64,000 bases of DNA from Octopus vulgaris (GCA_951406725.2 OX597827.1:22506001-22570000), one strand, 5' to 3'. Positions 26,391-39,137 are shown, numbered from the stretch's first letter. Numbers and translations: made by a program. The notes: generated by a model not told the origin, from the sequence alone.

Positions 26391-27719
26391 TAAAGAAAAA
26401 ATGCCGCCAGCATTTTTCCACAGGAAATCGAACCCTGCGCCTCTCAAACTCTGGCTGAGCGCTCTAACTATTAAGCTAGGAAACTTCTGACATTGCAGTA
26501 AAAAATTAAAAAATCTTATATGAACGCGAAGGATCCCGGTTGAGAGCCACCGTCCAAAATGACCATAGCTTTATCATAATGTGAAGGGAGATTTTTTTTA
26601 AAGAATTTCTAGCTCAGTTCCTTATTCAAAACTTGTCTTTCACTGGAATGCCGGGACGGTTCGTCAATGCTGAACTTGATGCTACAGTGGTCGGCGTTTG
26701 TTATGTGCTCCATGTTCCTCCATGGTACTCTTTCAATTTCTCCATATTAATTTGTGGAGTTGTTTTAACCGCGCAGTCCATGACTTCTCCATACAGACAG
26801 TTCCAGTGCCACAATTATGGACCTTTCCCTTGGATATTATGTCGTCCGTTCCATTCTACTATAAACAGCTTGTAAATATCTCCTGCAAAAAGAACACCAT
26901 TGCTGCTTCTGTCACTTGCATATGTATACATACATACATACATACATACATACATACATACATACATACATACATACATACATACATACATACATACATA
27001 CATACATACATACATACATTTATCTGCAATAAATTGGATATATATTTCTACAGTATACAAAATATTTTAACAATATTTTATACAATTCCTAATATTAAAT
27101 TACAGTAGAACCTTACAGTACGTGTGCTCCATTTTACAAGTAATTTGCTGTACGAGTCGAGACTCGTGCGAATTTTTGTCTGGAAGTACGAGCGGAAATC
27201 CGCCGTACTAGTGCACAGATCGCCCCATCTTTAAGGTAATTCAGTTAATAGAACTAGTTTACATATTTCTTTTGCTTTCTCTTTTTTATAATTGCCATTT
27301 TACTTGTAACGACACCTTTCCTGTTTTAAAACCCGTAGAAAAATTAAATTTTGAGTGGTTTTGGTGGGGCTGGAACGGATTAATTATATTTTAGTTAATT
27401 TCAATGGAGAAAATTGATTTGTAAAACGAGTAACTCGTAAGACGAGCTCGGTCATGGAACGAATTAAACCCGTTCTGCGAGGTATCACTGTATATAAATA
27501 TAATGGGATTTTTAAAACATTGAATGGCTGTACGGGTCAATCCGAGTAAAATAGGAAGGAGTCCATAAGTATAAAATGGGCGAGAATCGCTTAGAACTTA
27601 GTCTCCGTTGGAGAACATAAAACTAATATTCTTGACAATGAAATGGAATGAATTTATAGGGGAATTGAAACCATGTCGTGATGAGTGTGTAACGACCATG
27701 TACTTGTTCTTGTACGGTA

Positions 27720-27760
<41 letters not shown>

Positions 27761-27822
27761 ATTTGTTAGGGAATAAAAATTCCGGCATAACAGGGGTTCA
27801 AATTATTCTCAATGAGGAAATG

Positions 27823-27989
27823 TATATTTTTTTCATTTAGAGATAGTATGCCACTTTCTCCAACCATATAAAAGGATTTTAATTTAAATACTGACTACTT
27901 TATAACTATAAAGTAGTAAGTACTTAAATTAAAATCCTTTTATATGGTGGGAGAAAGCGGCATACTATTTCTAAATGAAAAAAAATATA
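27823..27989. repeat. Fold-back palindromic cassette
   Basis: Arms of about 80 bp, centre CTACTTTATA-AC-TATAAAGTAG. Confidence 0.9.
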
Positions 27990-27999
27990 TATATTATTT

Positions 28000-28230
28000 A
28001 TGCGCCCTTTTCAAGCCTAGCCAGGCTCATGGGCCCGGTTTCCCGATTTGCATGGCGTAAATATTCCCTCCTTAGAGGTGAGTCGCTGGATTCCTCATTT
28101 TTGCCAGCTGAGTGGACAGGAGCAACGTGAAATGAAATGCCCTATTCTCGAACACAACGCATCACTCGGTCCAGGAAGCGAAACCACAATCTTACGCACA
28201 TGAGTCCAACGCCCTAACCACTCAGCCAGT
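28000..28230 (-). mobile_element. SINE with family C body and the 3' module of 23446-23738
   Basis: Shares CATTTTTGCCAG-TGAGTGGAC-GGAGCAACGTGAAAT with 13810-14100 and GGCTCAT-GGGCC-G-TTTCCCG with about 23480-23510. Confidence 0.75.
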
Positions 28231-28472
28231 TTAGTATTGATTGTCGTCAAGAAGACTACTCTATAACATGGTAGAGATTGATGGTATTTTATTTTGGTGG
28301 AGTCAGTATCTTGCTACCCTGAGGTTCATCTGTGAGGGAAAAGGATCTTCTGGCAAGTTGTGACAGGAAAATTGATGGGGTTAATATATGTAGTAAGAGT
28401 TTACTAGTCACCTCACCCTATAACCAGAAAACTGTATGTAAATATGTAAATCCAATCATTTGACCCGACCAA

Positions 28473-28528
<56 letters not shown>

Positions 28529-28694
28529 GTCGTATACTGTCAACTCAATGTGACAGTCCCGTAAGGGAACTAGACCACCGCCATTTAGCCCTAGTTAACA
28601 TCGACGTCTCCTGTCGGCTTTGACACATTTTCTGTGTCCTTATATTTCCAAAGGGGAGACAATCACCCCCGCAAGCCGGGACAAGGCACCTGAA

Positions 28695-28749
<55 letters not shown>

Positions 28750-28751
<2 letters not shown>

Positions 28752-29541
28752 GAGACGACTCCTGGTCATCCGCATCATTCGGGCTCATCACAGAATTCAT
28801 CACCCGGGATCATCACAGATTTTGCATAAGACATATGCCTGCTGGAAGAATTTCGCGTTTTCCCACAATATTTCTAGCCTTAAAATTATCAACCCTTATT
28901 TATTATATCTAGCACTGTCTTTCTCCATTTCTAAATTAAGGGTTAAAATAAAGCAACCCTGCAAAACACAACTGATTTTCACACACAGACGTACAGAATA
29001 GCAGCAATCAAATACCGACAGCGGAGTGGACAACAAACATCAGTGACCCGACTGTCGCCTGTACTCTTGACAAGAGATGCCGGTTCGTCTTTTACACCTT
29101 CCAGACTCGTTGGTATTAGCCCGAGTTGCTGGATAAGTTTTGATCCTTTAAGAATATCGTAGAACAGCAACTTTTCATAGATTGGAATTTAAATCCTAAT
29201 CTTTATAGAAATTTATTGTTTCAAGAAAACATTGAAGTTGAGTTACTTTTAGTTTTTACGATTATAGATAACAACTCGGGCTGTAACTTCTGAGCCCGAG
29301 TCAGGTGTGTGTGAACGATGTCGAGAGAACGTCTGTTATGAATGATATTTTTTGACACAAGGCACCGCTAAGACAACCACCATACACTGAACAAAAATAT
29401 ATAAACTACGACCAGGCTCAATAAAAGGAATCTAAAGGCAGTGTTGGGAGATATATTAAATCAGCTTAAAAATAAAAATTCACTTTACTAAATTTATACT
29501 CGGGCTAAGCTCGAACAGCCCGAGTGCTGGAGTCGCCACTG
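28750..29541. mobile_element. Non-autonomous hAT-like DNA transposon of about 790 bp
   Basis: TIRs CAGAGACGACTCC / GGAGTCGCCACTG; flanks ATATACAT and ATATACGT (7/8); second copy at 55396-56141. Confidence 0.85.
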
Positions 29542-31119
29542 ATATACGTGTGTGTGTGTGCGCGCGCGCTCTCACAAGCTCACAGACAGATAGATATGTA
29601 CGGAAAGCTATGTACATCTAAATGTACGTGAGTGTACATACAAGGTCTTCTTCAGAGAGTTCAGACCAGTCGCTAACAACGCCGACAAGACTCTTTGAGA
29701 TAAGAGAGTTTCTGGTGTTTCTAAACATGTACTTCAGTTGGTTGAACTGTCGATACACACACCTAAGTGTAGGCCTTCTATTCTATTCTTTATAATGTCT
29801 CACAAATTTTCACTGTGCCGCTAATAGGTTGGAAAAGGCTAACCACTGGATTTGGTTAAAAAGAGACAATGAGCGACGGCTAGAAGAATGTTGAGCTTTA
29901 TTTGATAACCAGCTGATCTAGCAAGCGGGGCCTCATATCATGAGGCGAGGGTGGGGGTGATGCGCATTGATGCCGTCGAGAGGTAGGCACCGAAACGGCG
30001 CGCTTTCTCTCCTAATGACCCTATACACTTACAGGCTTCAGGTATGCGGAGCTCTCGCCTGGTAGCACTTGCATGTGCAAGTTGTTTGCAAAACATCGTT
30101 GGGGAAAGATGTTACTAACCACCAGCTGAAAAATGTTGAAATAATAAGAAAATACCAGTAGCAGTACAAGTCTAAACGCAAATACAATAGGTCGCGTCAT
30201 ATTGGAAAGAATTTCTCTGTTAGAATAAGGAACTACAATGATAAAACTACTGAAAATGAGAGTTAATCTAATAATACAACTAAAAATAGTAAAACTTTAC
30301 GTTCTCTAATGCCTTGTCGTGTAATAGATAGAGCAGAAAGATGAAAACCTAACTTGTCGTCTGCAATTTCAAATAAGTGTTTCACTAAACTGTAAATGTA
30401 GAATAACCACTAATTGCCCCCTTAATAGCGAAGGTTTAAGAACGAAAAGTATATACAAGTAATATCATAGAATAAAATAACTTTTCATTAAGTCATTGTA
30501 TATATCGCAAATTATGAGAAGCATATGAAACGGTTGGCCATTTGATTTTAAACACGGACTTTTGTCTTTTAAAAAGCAAATATACTTCAAATAAGCTTGT
30601 TATAATTTTCTTTTCTGGATTCTTCGATGAATGAACAGATTGATAAGAACGTGTCTGCCAAGAATTCTCAGTTAATCCAATATAAGCATTCGGTAAATCG
30701 TTATTGTCTAGCTGCACCGAAGCACAATAAACTAAAATAAAGGGGCGAATAAGTGTTTGCATCTGCACTTATGTTCAGTGTGATCATGGCTCTTAGTACT
30801 TTGTGTTTGTGCGTGCGAGCGCGAGTGAGCATGAATATTTTTGAAATAAATGTCTTTGTCGATGCTTACAACCAAGGGTATACATTTTATTCATTTAAGG
30901 AATTTCAGATGGAAAATCTTTGGAATGTCTTACAATTTTTTACTGCGTCGCCAATAGATTGGATTTGGAGGATGCGTGACAGTTTCTTTTGCTCTTTCTT
31001 CGAAGGCCCTAGAGTTTCTAGGTTTTTATGAAAATCCCTAATTACATTGCCTTATGCATCTACGATGATAGGTACAGCTGGCCATCTATAATCAGCGTAC
31101 GAAAGCTATAAGTTCCTCA

Positions 31120-31520
31120 ATTCACCATAATTTTTTTTCCTGAACTTTTGGTTGTACGTTCACATCCGCTGGACAATCTGACCTCTATTGTAGAATGACT
31201 TTTGTTCCGCGCCCCACAGAACAATATTAGATCTGTTATGTATGCACCGAATTGCTGTTTTTGTTGGAATATTCCACAAGTATTCCTTGTTTTCAAAGAT
31301 GTGAATACATTCTGGTTCTGAGATGCCAGAATGCTGATAGTTCTGAGTTCCATATTTTTCGGAGTCTACTGAAATATTTTTTGTCACTCTGGCTTTACTC
31401 ACAGCGCCAACGTACGCAACATTTTCACCAATTCTGAGATATTTATAATATTCATCATTGAATTCAGGTGACGTAGACAGGAATTTGTGTTCGTATTCTC
31501 TGCCTGGTTGACATTCTTTC
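31120..31520 (-). pseudogene. Decayed RTE-like LINE fragment
   Basis: Fragments SKARV...YGTQNY and LILFCGA...RLSSGC resemble the post-RT KAW...IW...VLLYG.E.W...LDG segment. Confidence 0.4.
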
Positions 31521-31719
31521 CTCGTTGACTTTCATATCTGAGCATTTATCTTGCCTAAACTCCATTCTTTTATCCCGTGAAAATATTGTAACAAGTTCAA
31601 CGTCTTGATTTTGTTCATGCTACCAGAATATAACTTTAGGACAAAAAATATAACTTTAGGCCAAAAAAATGTACAGGTGACATTGATTCTATTCTTTTCA
31701 ACATATAGCTTTGGCATTT

Positions 31720-32510
31720 TGTTAACAGGGCTGATAAGGGGCCCAGTGCCAGTAAACACTGCGTAACAGATAAACTATCGGCCTAGAATACACCCTTTAA
31801 TAACCTAATTCTGCTTGTGATAACAGGTCTTGCTTCGGTTGTTAGTGATAATTGTGAGGACCACTATGTGGTTAGTCTTTCAATGGCATTAAGTATAGCA
31901 ACTGGTACATTTGCATGGTGCAATGATTTCCGTATAGGTGAGTGAGGGACAGAGTCAAACGCCTTCTTGTGGTTTGACCATAGTGTTAAGAGATTATGGC
32001 GATGCTGATTGGCTTCCTCGCCTCTCCATCTGTTATCACACCATTCGTTTGGCAATGGTCTTGGAGAAACATATTCAAACAACTTGTGTACAGTTCGTAC
32101 ATAACATTCAAGCATGCTCTGAGCCTATAGTTTTTGGCCACATAGGGGGTCTCTTTGTTTTGCGGGGATAAAGAGTGGTCCGTGCAGCCGTCAGTCAATC
32201 TGGTATGTCGAGCTCAACGTCCATTGTATTCTTAAAACAGTGTCGTGAAAATTTCCCTGGAGAGCGTGAGCTTTTTGTACCTGTAGCCTGCCGTCAGGTC
32301 TTTCTCAGGTGATTTTCCATTCGGTAGTATCATACTAACTACCAGGTGTGTTTCGCTAATGATGCTAAATGTTTTGGGAGAGACGTTTACACAATACTCA
32401 CTCCGTAGTTCGTTTAACCTTGCTGCATCGCGTTTGTCTGCTTTGTTTTATACGCGTGTATGTATCTCTTATTGCTTATCTCTTATATCTTCCTTGTTTC
32501 AATCATTGGA
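31720..32510 (-). pseudogene. R4/Dong-type LINE reverse transcriptase remnant
   Basis: AKNYRLRACLNVMYELYTS and HKKAFDSVPHS motifs in adjacent frames. Confidence 0.75.
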
Positions 32511-32514
32511 AGGT

Positions 32515-32744
32515 GGAAATGCTAAGGTCGCAGAAATGCTAGGGTCACGGAAATGCTAGGGTAGCGGAAATGCTAGGGTAGCGGAGATGCTAGGGTAGCG
32601 GAGATGCTAGGGTCACGGAAATGCTAGGGTAGCGAAGATGCTAGGGTCATGGAAATGCTAAGGTCGCAGAAATGCTAGGGTCACGGAGCTGCTAGGGTAG
32701 CGGAGATGCTAGGGTAGCGGAGATATAAGGGTAGCGGAGATGCT

Positions 32745-32746
<2 letters not shown>
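32515..32746. repeat. 17-bp minisatellite, about 13.6 units, consensus GGARATGCTAGGGTAGC
   Basis: Direct reading; units are contiguous with no spacers. Confidence 0.95.
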
Positions 32747-32778
<32 letters not shown>

Positions 32779-33464
32779 GTGGCAGCAGTATAGTAGCAAA
32801 CTTGCTCATACTGTTGAAAGCAAGTGTGTGTGTAAGTGTGTGCATGTGTGTGTAAAGATACAGAGGAAGAAAAGGAAATAACTAAATGCATGAATGAGCT
32901 GAGAAGAGAAAAATATGTACGTATAAGGCGTTCGCCGTCTTGAATGGAGGAATCACTTTCGTCAGCTTTTTTAAATGATACTGTTTTCCTTACATTACAT
33001 CGTCCGATACCGCCATCACCCGTCAACGCTCGCCGACACCCGCCAACACTCGCCACCGCTCACCAACGCGGTCTTCAAATGTTGACATCACAACCATGCC
33101 TTCCTGTTCCATTAACGCGATAATCGACATCAAGAACGAAGTCGCAGTTTGACATTACCCGAAAAGAAACCAACTTTCTCTCCTCCTCCCCCTCCCACCT
33201 TCTCCTTCTTCTTCCGATACTCAAAAGTGCTCACCACAAACTCTCCTTTCTATTACGGTGTGTTTTGTTTTTTAATATATATTGTTTGTTGTTCAGGATG
33301 GGGGCTGCCCCTATTTCGTTTACTTCACAAACTGGTTCAATCTAATGAGGAAAGAGGTGAGAAGGAAGAAAAATAGAGGATACACATGTACAAATAAACC
33401 AATTATGTATCTAAAACGAAAATTAATACACGTACGCACATACACTGTGTGTGTGTGTAATATA

Positions 33465-33638
33465 CACACATATATATGTATGTGTATATATATGCATATA
33501 TATATATATATATGTATGTGTATATATATGTATATATATATGCATGTGTATATATATATGTATATATATATATGTATGTATGTGTATATATATATATGTA
33601 TATATATAAATATATGTATGCGTATATATATATATATG

Positions 33639-33685
<47 letters not shown>

Positions 33686-33692
33686 GTATGTG

Positions 33693-33723
<31 letters not shown>

Positions 33724-34236
33724 GTATGTGTATATATATATATATGTATATATATTTATGTATGTGTATATATATATATGTATATATATATATGTATGTA
33801 TATATATATATGTATATATATATGTATGTGTATATATATGTATATATATATATATATATATGTATGTGTATATATATATATGTATATATGTATGTGTATA
33901 TGTATATATATATATGTGTATATATATGTATGTGTATATATATGTATATATATATGTATGTGTATATATATGTATATACATGTATATATATATGTATGTA
34001 TATATATATGTATGTGTATATATATGTATGTGTATATGTATATATATATACATATATATATATGTATATATATATATACACATATATATATATATGTATG
34101 TATATATACATATATATATGTATATATATACATATATATATATAAATGTATATATAGAGAAAGAGAAAGAGAGAGAGATGTATATATATACATATGTACA
34201 CACATACAGAAGTGTGTGTGTGTGTGTGTGTGTGTG
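33465..34236. repeat. Long degenerate (TA/TG)n array
   Basis: Direct reading; similar arrays at about 44280-45030, 46740-47870, 50610-51060 and 53477-53998. Confidence 0.95.
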
Positions 34237-35229
34237 CATAAAACTGACGTAAATGACAGCTATGAATACGTAAAAACGAGATAATTTTGCTGTAAGGAGC
34301 AACAAAACGGGAAACTGGTGAAACTGTGAGTGGCGAGAGGAGGAAATAATCTAGAAAGGGGGATAAGGGAGAGAAGAGGAGAGGAGAGGAGGGAAGAAAG
34401 GATAGGGGCTGAGGAAGGAGGAGAGGCTAAGTGAGAAACCCCTTCTTTTTATATACATAAATACAAATAGGGGTCGGGGAATATGGAGTCAATAAGTTTC
34501 TTTTATTTTCTCACGTTGATGTCTTCATGGAGAGGTGATTGTGTGTTTAATAGAGAAGTGGTGGTGGCGGCGGTGGTGTTGGTGGTGTTGATGGTGGTGG
34601 TGGTGGTGGCGGCGGCGGCGGCGGTAGTGGTTGTTTTTGTCCGTTTCAATTCTGATATGTCTAGTGTCAAAGACTTTCCAGCAATGACCATCCTTTCTTT
34701 TTGCATACCCATAAGTACACTGGGAGTAACTTGGCTGCTATTTCTAGCTGACCGACGAACCACAATGACTTATTGCTGTTGTTGCTATTATTACTTTTGT
34801 TATTTCTTTTTATTGTTGTTAAGGGAAACAAGGAGGATCGGATTTGGTTGGGAAAGAGAAATTAAAAAATACATTATTATTATTTAATTTCTCTATCTGA
34901 AGAATTTTAATAGGACATTCCTTTCATGTCTATCATGTAAAACGTTGTAATTCCTATTAGCAAATGAAACACGTGTAACGGTGAATAAATAATAGCCAAA
35001 ACATTCCACTTTGTACTCCTTTATTCCGACTGCTACATATGTTTCAGTATTCAGCAATACATTGCATTACACAACAGTTGGAACCGGTATGTGCACCTTA
35101 TGGGAGTCCACCTACTGGTTCCATCTGTTGGGTTATTTCAGTTATTTTGGCAGCGAGTGTGGAGGTGGATATGGAACGAGGTAAAAGTCAGACAATCGAA
35201 AAAGAAAAGCCAATACAATTGGAATAAAC

Positions 35230-36405
35230 GAGTACCAAATTTTGCGAATGTTCTTTGTCTTAGGTCATGAAACTTTGCATACATGTTAAACCAACATCCT
35301 GTTTGTTACTAGGCTCATTGCAGTTTAATAAAAATCTATAATTGGACGGCTAGGGCCCCTAGAAGGGTCCAGGTGTAACCCAGCTATTTGCCTTTAATGG
35401 CCAAGGGGAAATAACCTTTTCATTTTTCTTTATTTTTCTCTTTTACCCACTGGTCATTTCTCCATCCATTTCTTTAAGACACAATATCATTAGAGTGACC
35501 GGTTGCCAGTGGTTACGTTGTGTAAATACGTGTGCGTTCTACATCACGTGGACTTTCTTACAAGAAGTTATCAGACAAGGTCAGTGATACTATCACTCTA
35601 ACCCCTGTCCTAAGTCAATATATAAATTTAATGACATTTCATAGACCTGCCTAAGATCTTTCATTTAAAACAAATTTGAGTAAAATCCCACCATGGATTA
35701 TAGAGATGTCAATGCTATAACTTATTTGCAAATTTTACCATTAACGTACTATTTCCATGGCAACCGTGCAAACATGTTTCAAGATGTTACATTTTATTTG
35801 GTATAAATCAAGTTGAGTATGTTTATTTCTTAATATTTGAACTGTTAGGTTATTTTCGTACTTTACCCAGAACAACCTTTAAACAAATAAATAGTATTTT
35901 CCTCAACAATAGATCCACTTATTTCGGTTAGTGACTTATTCACAAATACACCATGAATGACGATGCCTTTCATGTCACTTCAGCCAATTGACAGGCACTG
36001 CACGAAGAACCTTTCTGACTTACTTTGAATTGTTATTATCTCATATCCGATTTGCTTGTTATTACGTAACATGCTTCACGATTTTGGTATATATACCATA
36101 TTGGTATTTGCTCCTAAGTTCTATATATTCTGGGAACGCATTAAAGCCCTTTTCAGGGCTACTTTATTTGAATTGTTACTATCGGGTAACTAAGTTGCAT
36201 GTTATTACGTAACGGACTTCACAATTTTGGTATTCATAACTTATTGCGATTTCCTAAAAACAAGATCCTATGTAAGATGGTTCAGTATTCTCCGTAAATG
36301 CACAAAAACTGTTTTAAGGGCTACATACTTTGTATTGTTGCTATCTGATTAGCGAAACCAGGGGATAAGCCTCGCTATTCCGGGAATTACCTGGTACGTC
36401 AGCTG
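35230..36405 (+). mobile_element. Non-autonomous Helitron-like element (diverged copy)
   Basis: About 35790-36405 is the imperfect reverse complement of 39227-39850; 3' end CCGGGAATTACCTGG...CAGCTG; 5' boundary uncertain. Confidence 0.65.
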
Positions 36406-36424
36406 CCATTATATATATATATCA

Positions 36425-37082
36425 GAATTAAGATATAAACCCAAATTAGGCAATCAGACCCATACATTTATAAATTCGACTTAAAATGCATATACATATA
36501 TTAATACATATCGACACATATGAATATTTTTTTTAAAGATTCATAAAATATAAATATGCATAAAAATACATGTAAATAAAACCCATGTGGGATACATATG
36601 GAAGGAAGTGTGATAAAAATCCTGAAAGAATTTTTTTTTGTACTGAAATTAAGAGCGGTTAAGAGTTTGAATTAAAAGATGCATAGAGTTCGGTGTGTTT
36701 TTTTAACAAATATGTAAATGGTAGATAAGGTATATAATACAGTTGGAGGAGGTTCACTGATAAAGGGGACGTTGTCCACATGGTTTGTAAGAGGTATTAA
36801 TTTTTCTACTAGGACATGACCTCTAGAAACGGCTGGTGAAAGTAAGCCTCCTCGAACTGTTTTATATACTTTATATACCATTTATATATTTTTTAAAATA
36901 CACACCGAACTCTATGGATCTTTTAAATGAAATTCGTAACCTCTCTTAATTTCAGTACAAAAAAATTTGTATTTTTATGTATATATATATATTTATATTT
37001 TATGAATTATTTTTTTTAAATATTCATGTGTGACGCGTATTGATATGTGTATACGCATTTTAAGTCAAATTTATCTTAATTC
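36425..37082. repeat. Long imperfect fold-back cassette with structured centre
   Basis: Arms pair throughout, e.g. GTACTGAAATTAAGAG/CTCTTAATTTCAGTAC and ATAGAGTTCGGTGTG/CACACCGAACTCTAT. Confidence 0.9.
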
Positions 37083-37157
37083 TTATTCTTATCTTTTGTC
37101 TCGGGTTCGACTCGAGCTCTTCTTTTTAGCAGTTCTATATATTTCGTAAGAAAGAAC

Positions 37158-37222
<65 letters not shown>

Positions 37223-37308
37223 TAGATTCAATACTTACAATGTTTAATAAAATGATGTAGCGTGAAACGATCGTACCAAACTACCGAAGATATTCTTGTT
37301 GCTTACTT

Positions 37309-37398
<90 letters not shown>

Positions 37399-37399
37399 A

Positions 37400-38665
37400 T
37401 CAGGTCGTCCCATAAGTTCTGTCCGAATTTTGAATAAAGAAAACAAGTGATCAAATGTTATATTTAATTGAAATTTAATCATCAATGCACTTTCTTTGAT
37501 TATCTATGAATTCCTTCCATCTATTTGCAAGCTTTTTAATCCCATCATTGTAAAACTCTTTTGGTTTCAAAGCGAAGAACTCTGAAATGTCAGGATCGAC
37601 CTCCTCTCGGCTTTCGAAAGTTATGTTCCCCAAATGATTCTGTAAACTACGAAACAAATGGTAGTCTGAAGGAGCAAGGTCTGGAGAACAAGGTGGATGA
37701 GGAATTTTTTCCCAACCAAGCTCTTCGATCTTCTGTGATATTTGCAGTGTAGGGTCGCGCATTGTCCTGATGAAACAACACTCCTTTTCGATTCACTAAG
37801 GCTGATCCCTTTTTCTTCAAAGCTTTGTTCAAACGCTCTAATTGTTGACAGTAGACTTGAGCATTAATTGCTGCTTTAGGTGGTAACAATTCAAAGTGAA
37901 TTACTCCTTTGCAATCCCACCAGATAGACAGAAGAACCTTTTTCCTATGAAGTTCCCTTCTCGGTTGTGGTTCAGTTTTTTTCCCTTTTACCAAGCCACT
38001 ATTTACGACGTTTAAGATTTCGATAGAAGATCCATTTTTCCTCACCAGTCATAAGTCTATCCAAAAAGGGGTGAAATGAGTTCGCGAGAATGGAGAGAAG
38101 AGCAGATGTCAACTTGGGATTTGCGGATATGGGGTACCCATTTTCTAAGTTTAGGAACCTTTCCAAGATGTTGGAGATGACGATGAACAGTTGTATGGTT
38201 TGAATTAAGCTTTATTGCCAATTCTTCAACTGATAATGCGGGATTTTCTTCAAGTAATGCCTCAAGGAGCTTATCATCAAACTCAACTGGACGTCCTGTT
38301 CGATCTTCCTCTTCAAGGTTGAAATATCCACTCCTGAATTTTGCAAACATCTTCTGCAAGTTCTTTCATTCAAGCATTGTTTCTTATAAACTGAGTGTAT
38401 GTTTCGAGTCGCTTCGGGGGCAGAGTTTCCTTTTTTGTACTCATAAAGCATTATGTGCCTTAAATACTCTTTGGATACTTCCATGTTAGAAAGGGTTTTA
38501 ATCAAAGAAATTTTAATTCTATTATCCTGTAAAATAATATTTAGTCAGTTTAAATGTACACAAATGCATAAAAATAATTTTTTATTCCATTAGACATTCT
38601 AAAATACTATTAAATTTCCTTCAATTTTAAAAAAGGTAAAATCGGACAGCTTATAGGATGACCTT

Positions 38666-38668
<3 letters not shown>
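37400..38668 (-). mobile_element. Full-length mariner (DD34D) transposon with frameshifted transposase (about 38484-37475)
   Basis: TA-flanked TIRs; fragments LRHIMLYEYKKG, RTGRP, KWVPH, KVLLSIWWDCKGVIHFELL, HQDNARP and HPPCSPDLAPSDYHLF spread over four frames. Confidence 0.95.
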
Positions 38669-38729
<61 letters not shown>

Positions 38730-38852
38730 AGCTGCTAAATGCGGGCAATTTGGGACACCTTTGGGCAACATAACCCTACATAAGTATATACGTATGCGTG
38801 TATGTATACGTTCGTAAGTGGTAGATTTCATAAGATACATTTAATAAGGCAT

Positions 38853-39137
38853 CGGGGTTTTTTTTATATAAGTTTAAAGCTTATGCCGTTCACCATGCAA
38901 TGACTAAGGAAAATAGTCTAATATTGGGGCATATAAGCCCTCGACAGAAAAAATGGATTTCCCCATCTGTGTGGGACGCGAACCCACATCCCTTTGTTAA
39001 CATGACTGTTACCTTCACACGCGGATGGGAAAGCCTTCTTTTTTCTGTTGAGGGCTTAAATGCCTCGTTATTAGACTATATTTCCTTAGTCATTGCATGG
39101 TGAACGCCATAAACTTTAAGCTTATATAAAAATACCG
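38853..39137. repeat. Fold-back palindromic cassette (MITE-like)
   Basis: Arms of about 120 bp including CGTTCACCATGCAATGACTAAGGAA / TTCCTTAGTCATTGCATGGTGAACG. Confidence 0.9.

Larger units (their letters stand above)
25472..27724. repeat. 709-bp inverted duplication (arms 25472-26180 and 27016-27724)
   Basis: Arms are reverse complements over their full length with only scattered mismatches. Confidence 0.95.

Noticed and set aside
26416-26482. tRNA-like sequence on the minus strand (also SINE heads at 14569 and 23738)
   Set aside because: A/B boxes are present but there is no complete cloverleaf; repeat-derived, not a tRNA gene
32515-32746. CRISPR-like array
   Set aside because: Contiguous 17-bp units with no unique spacers, no cas genes, eukaryotic context
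33282-34305. Long YI/CV/HT-rich ORFs here and near 17, 22, 44, 47, 50, 53 and 59 kb
   Set aside because: Dinucleotide arrays lack stop codons in most frames; not genes
37475-38484. Domesticated SETMAR-like gene
   Set aside because: TIRs retained, several frameshifts, no SET domain; an ordinary dead mariner
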